A stretch of 64,000 nucleotides of DNA, from positions 16,284-80,283 of the forward strand of contig CAYSZW010000004.1 of assembly GCA_964435665.1 (NCBI GenBank), given 5' to 3'. Positions 63,443 to 64,000 of this stretch are shown here, piece after piece. Each line of letters begins with the position of its first letter. Position 1 is the stretch's first letter. This DNA comes from an uncultured Gammaproteobacteria bacterium (lineage in GTDB: Bacteria; Patescibacteriota; Microgenomatia; UBA1406; GWC2-37-13). The notes below the pieces were generated by a model that did no database searches, was not told where the DNA came from, and saw nothing but the letters and a program-made list of their open reading frames with translations. The position numbers and the translations under genes are program-made.

Positions 63443-64000
63443 ATGCAGAAAGATACTTCGCTTAATCAGAAAATGCTCAATACCTGGGCAATTGCAATTA
63501 TAGTTTGGAGTGTATATCGCTATTATTTTAAAACTGATCTTCCTATTTGGTTTGACGAATTTATTGCAAAGCCAATTGTTTTTTTAGTACCTGTATATTA
63601 TTTCATAATAAAGTACGAAAAAGAATCTTTTTGGCAAGCAATTGATTTTAAATTCAAAAAGGTAAATGATTGGATTTTTGGAGTCATTGCAGGATTATTT
63701 ATTCTTTTAATGGGGTTAGTTGTAAATTATCTAGAAACAAAAACAATACTACCAACATTTTCTACAACTACATTATTCTTTATAATTGTTGCATTTGCTT
63801 CTAGTTTTTCTGAAGAAATTTTATCTCGTGGATTTGTTTTAAAAAGACTATATGCAGAATCTAAAAATGTATATTCTTCTGTATTTTTTGGAAGCTTTTT
63901 ATTTTTTATAATGCATGTGCCAATATTATTTAGTAATCCAGAACTGAGAGGTACATTACTATTGCAAGTTATGGTTACTGATTTTCTGCTAAGTTTTGGA
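63443..64000 (+). CDS. CPBP (CAAX/Abi) family intramembrane metalloprotease; 3' end runs off the window
   Basis: Not in the ORF track because there is no stop in the window. The translation from ATG 63443 is open to 64000. SEEILSRGF (EExxxR) and FFIMHVP (His motif) are present, with multiple TM helices. TTGAAT-17-TACATT lies upstream. Confidence 0.65.
   Translation, partial: MQKDTSLNQKMLNTWAIAIIVWSVYRYYFKTDLPIWFDEFIAKPIVFLVPVYYFIIKYEKESFWQAIDFKFKKVNDWIFGVIAGLFILLMGLVVNYLETKTILPTFSTTTLFFIIVAFASSFSEEILSRGFVLKRLYAESKNVYSSVFFGSFLFFIMHVPILFSNPELRGTLLLQVMVTDFLLSFG

Noticed and set aside
1-64000. Alternative genetic code (UGA recoded, as in some candidate phyla)
   Set aside because: TGA terminates well-defined genes (for example the 546-aa gene at 14175-14177 and the 48-aa ORF at 23191-23193). 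RF2, which reads UGA, is present and conserved proteins translate cleanly under code 11.
1-64000. CRISPR arrays, rRNA genes, IS elements, integrases, prophage genes
   Set aside because: No regularly spaced direct repeats, no rRNA-like conserved stretches and no transposase, integrase or phage-structural motifs were found. The only DNA repeat (129 nt at 17172 and 18471) lies inside paralogous coding regions and is not a mobile element.

Overview
The window is AT-rich (about one-third GC by eye), tightly packed and carries about 63 protein genes and 2 tRNA genes. It looks like a reduced-genome bacterium. My inference is Patescibacteria/CPR-like, based on short RpoB/RpoC, an archaeal-type UMP kinase, a YYY-motif membrane protein, many orphan membrane or secreted proteins and almost no Shine-Dalgarno sites. 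TGA is used as a stop and RF2 is present, so the standard code 11 applies. Confident housekeeping calls are valS, rpmH (missed by the ORF track), yidC, jag, recF, an ABC-F ATPase, fusA-rpsG-rpsL-rpoC-rpoB, ftsE-ftsX, prfB, dnaG-rpoD, nth and a MutY-like glycosylase. No CRISPR array, rRNA, transposase or integrase was seen. The most interesting region is about 8.4-24.2 kb. It holds a giant tail-anchored orphan protein, a Cys-rich secreted protein ending in a T4SS-pilin-like two-helix module, and a second stand-alone pilin-like gene. It also holds a polytopic membrane protein and two tandem cassettes, each a secreted cell-wall hydrolase followed by a small TM protein. The two hydrolases share a 129-nt N-terminal module that is about 92% identical but have unrelated catalytic domains. 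Divergent from that operon is a 1445-aa ClpC-like AAA+ protein with a roughly 300-aa four-repeat insertion where the ClpP-docking loop normally sits, plus a C-terminal zinc ribbon. Other observations are a recurrent -10 hexamer ending exactly 6 nt before the start codon (leaderless-mRNA geometry), a tRNA-Ser with an ACU anticodon, two unusual domain fusions (PyrH-methyltransferase and RHH-nucleotidyltransferase), an 86-nt rpoC/rpsL overlap and two tandem HhH-GPD glycosylases lacking the usual Fe-S cysteines. All domain assignments come from motifs read by eye. No database search was run.
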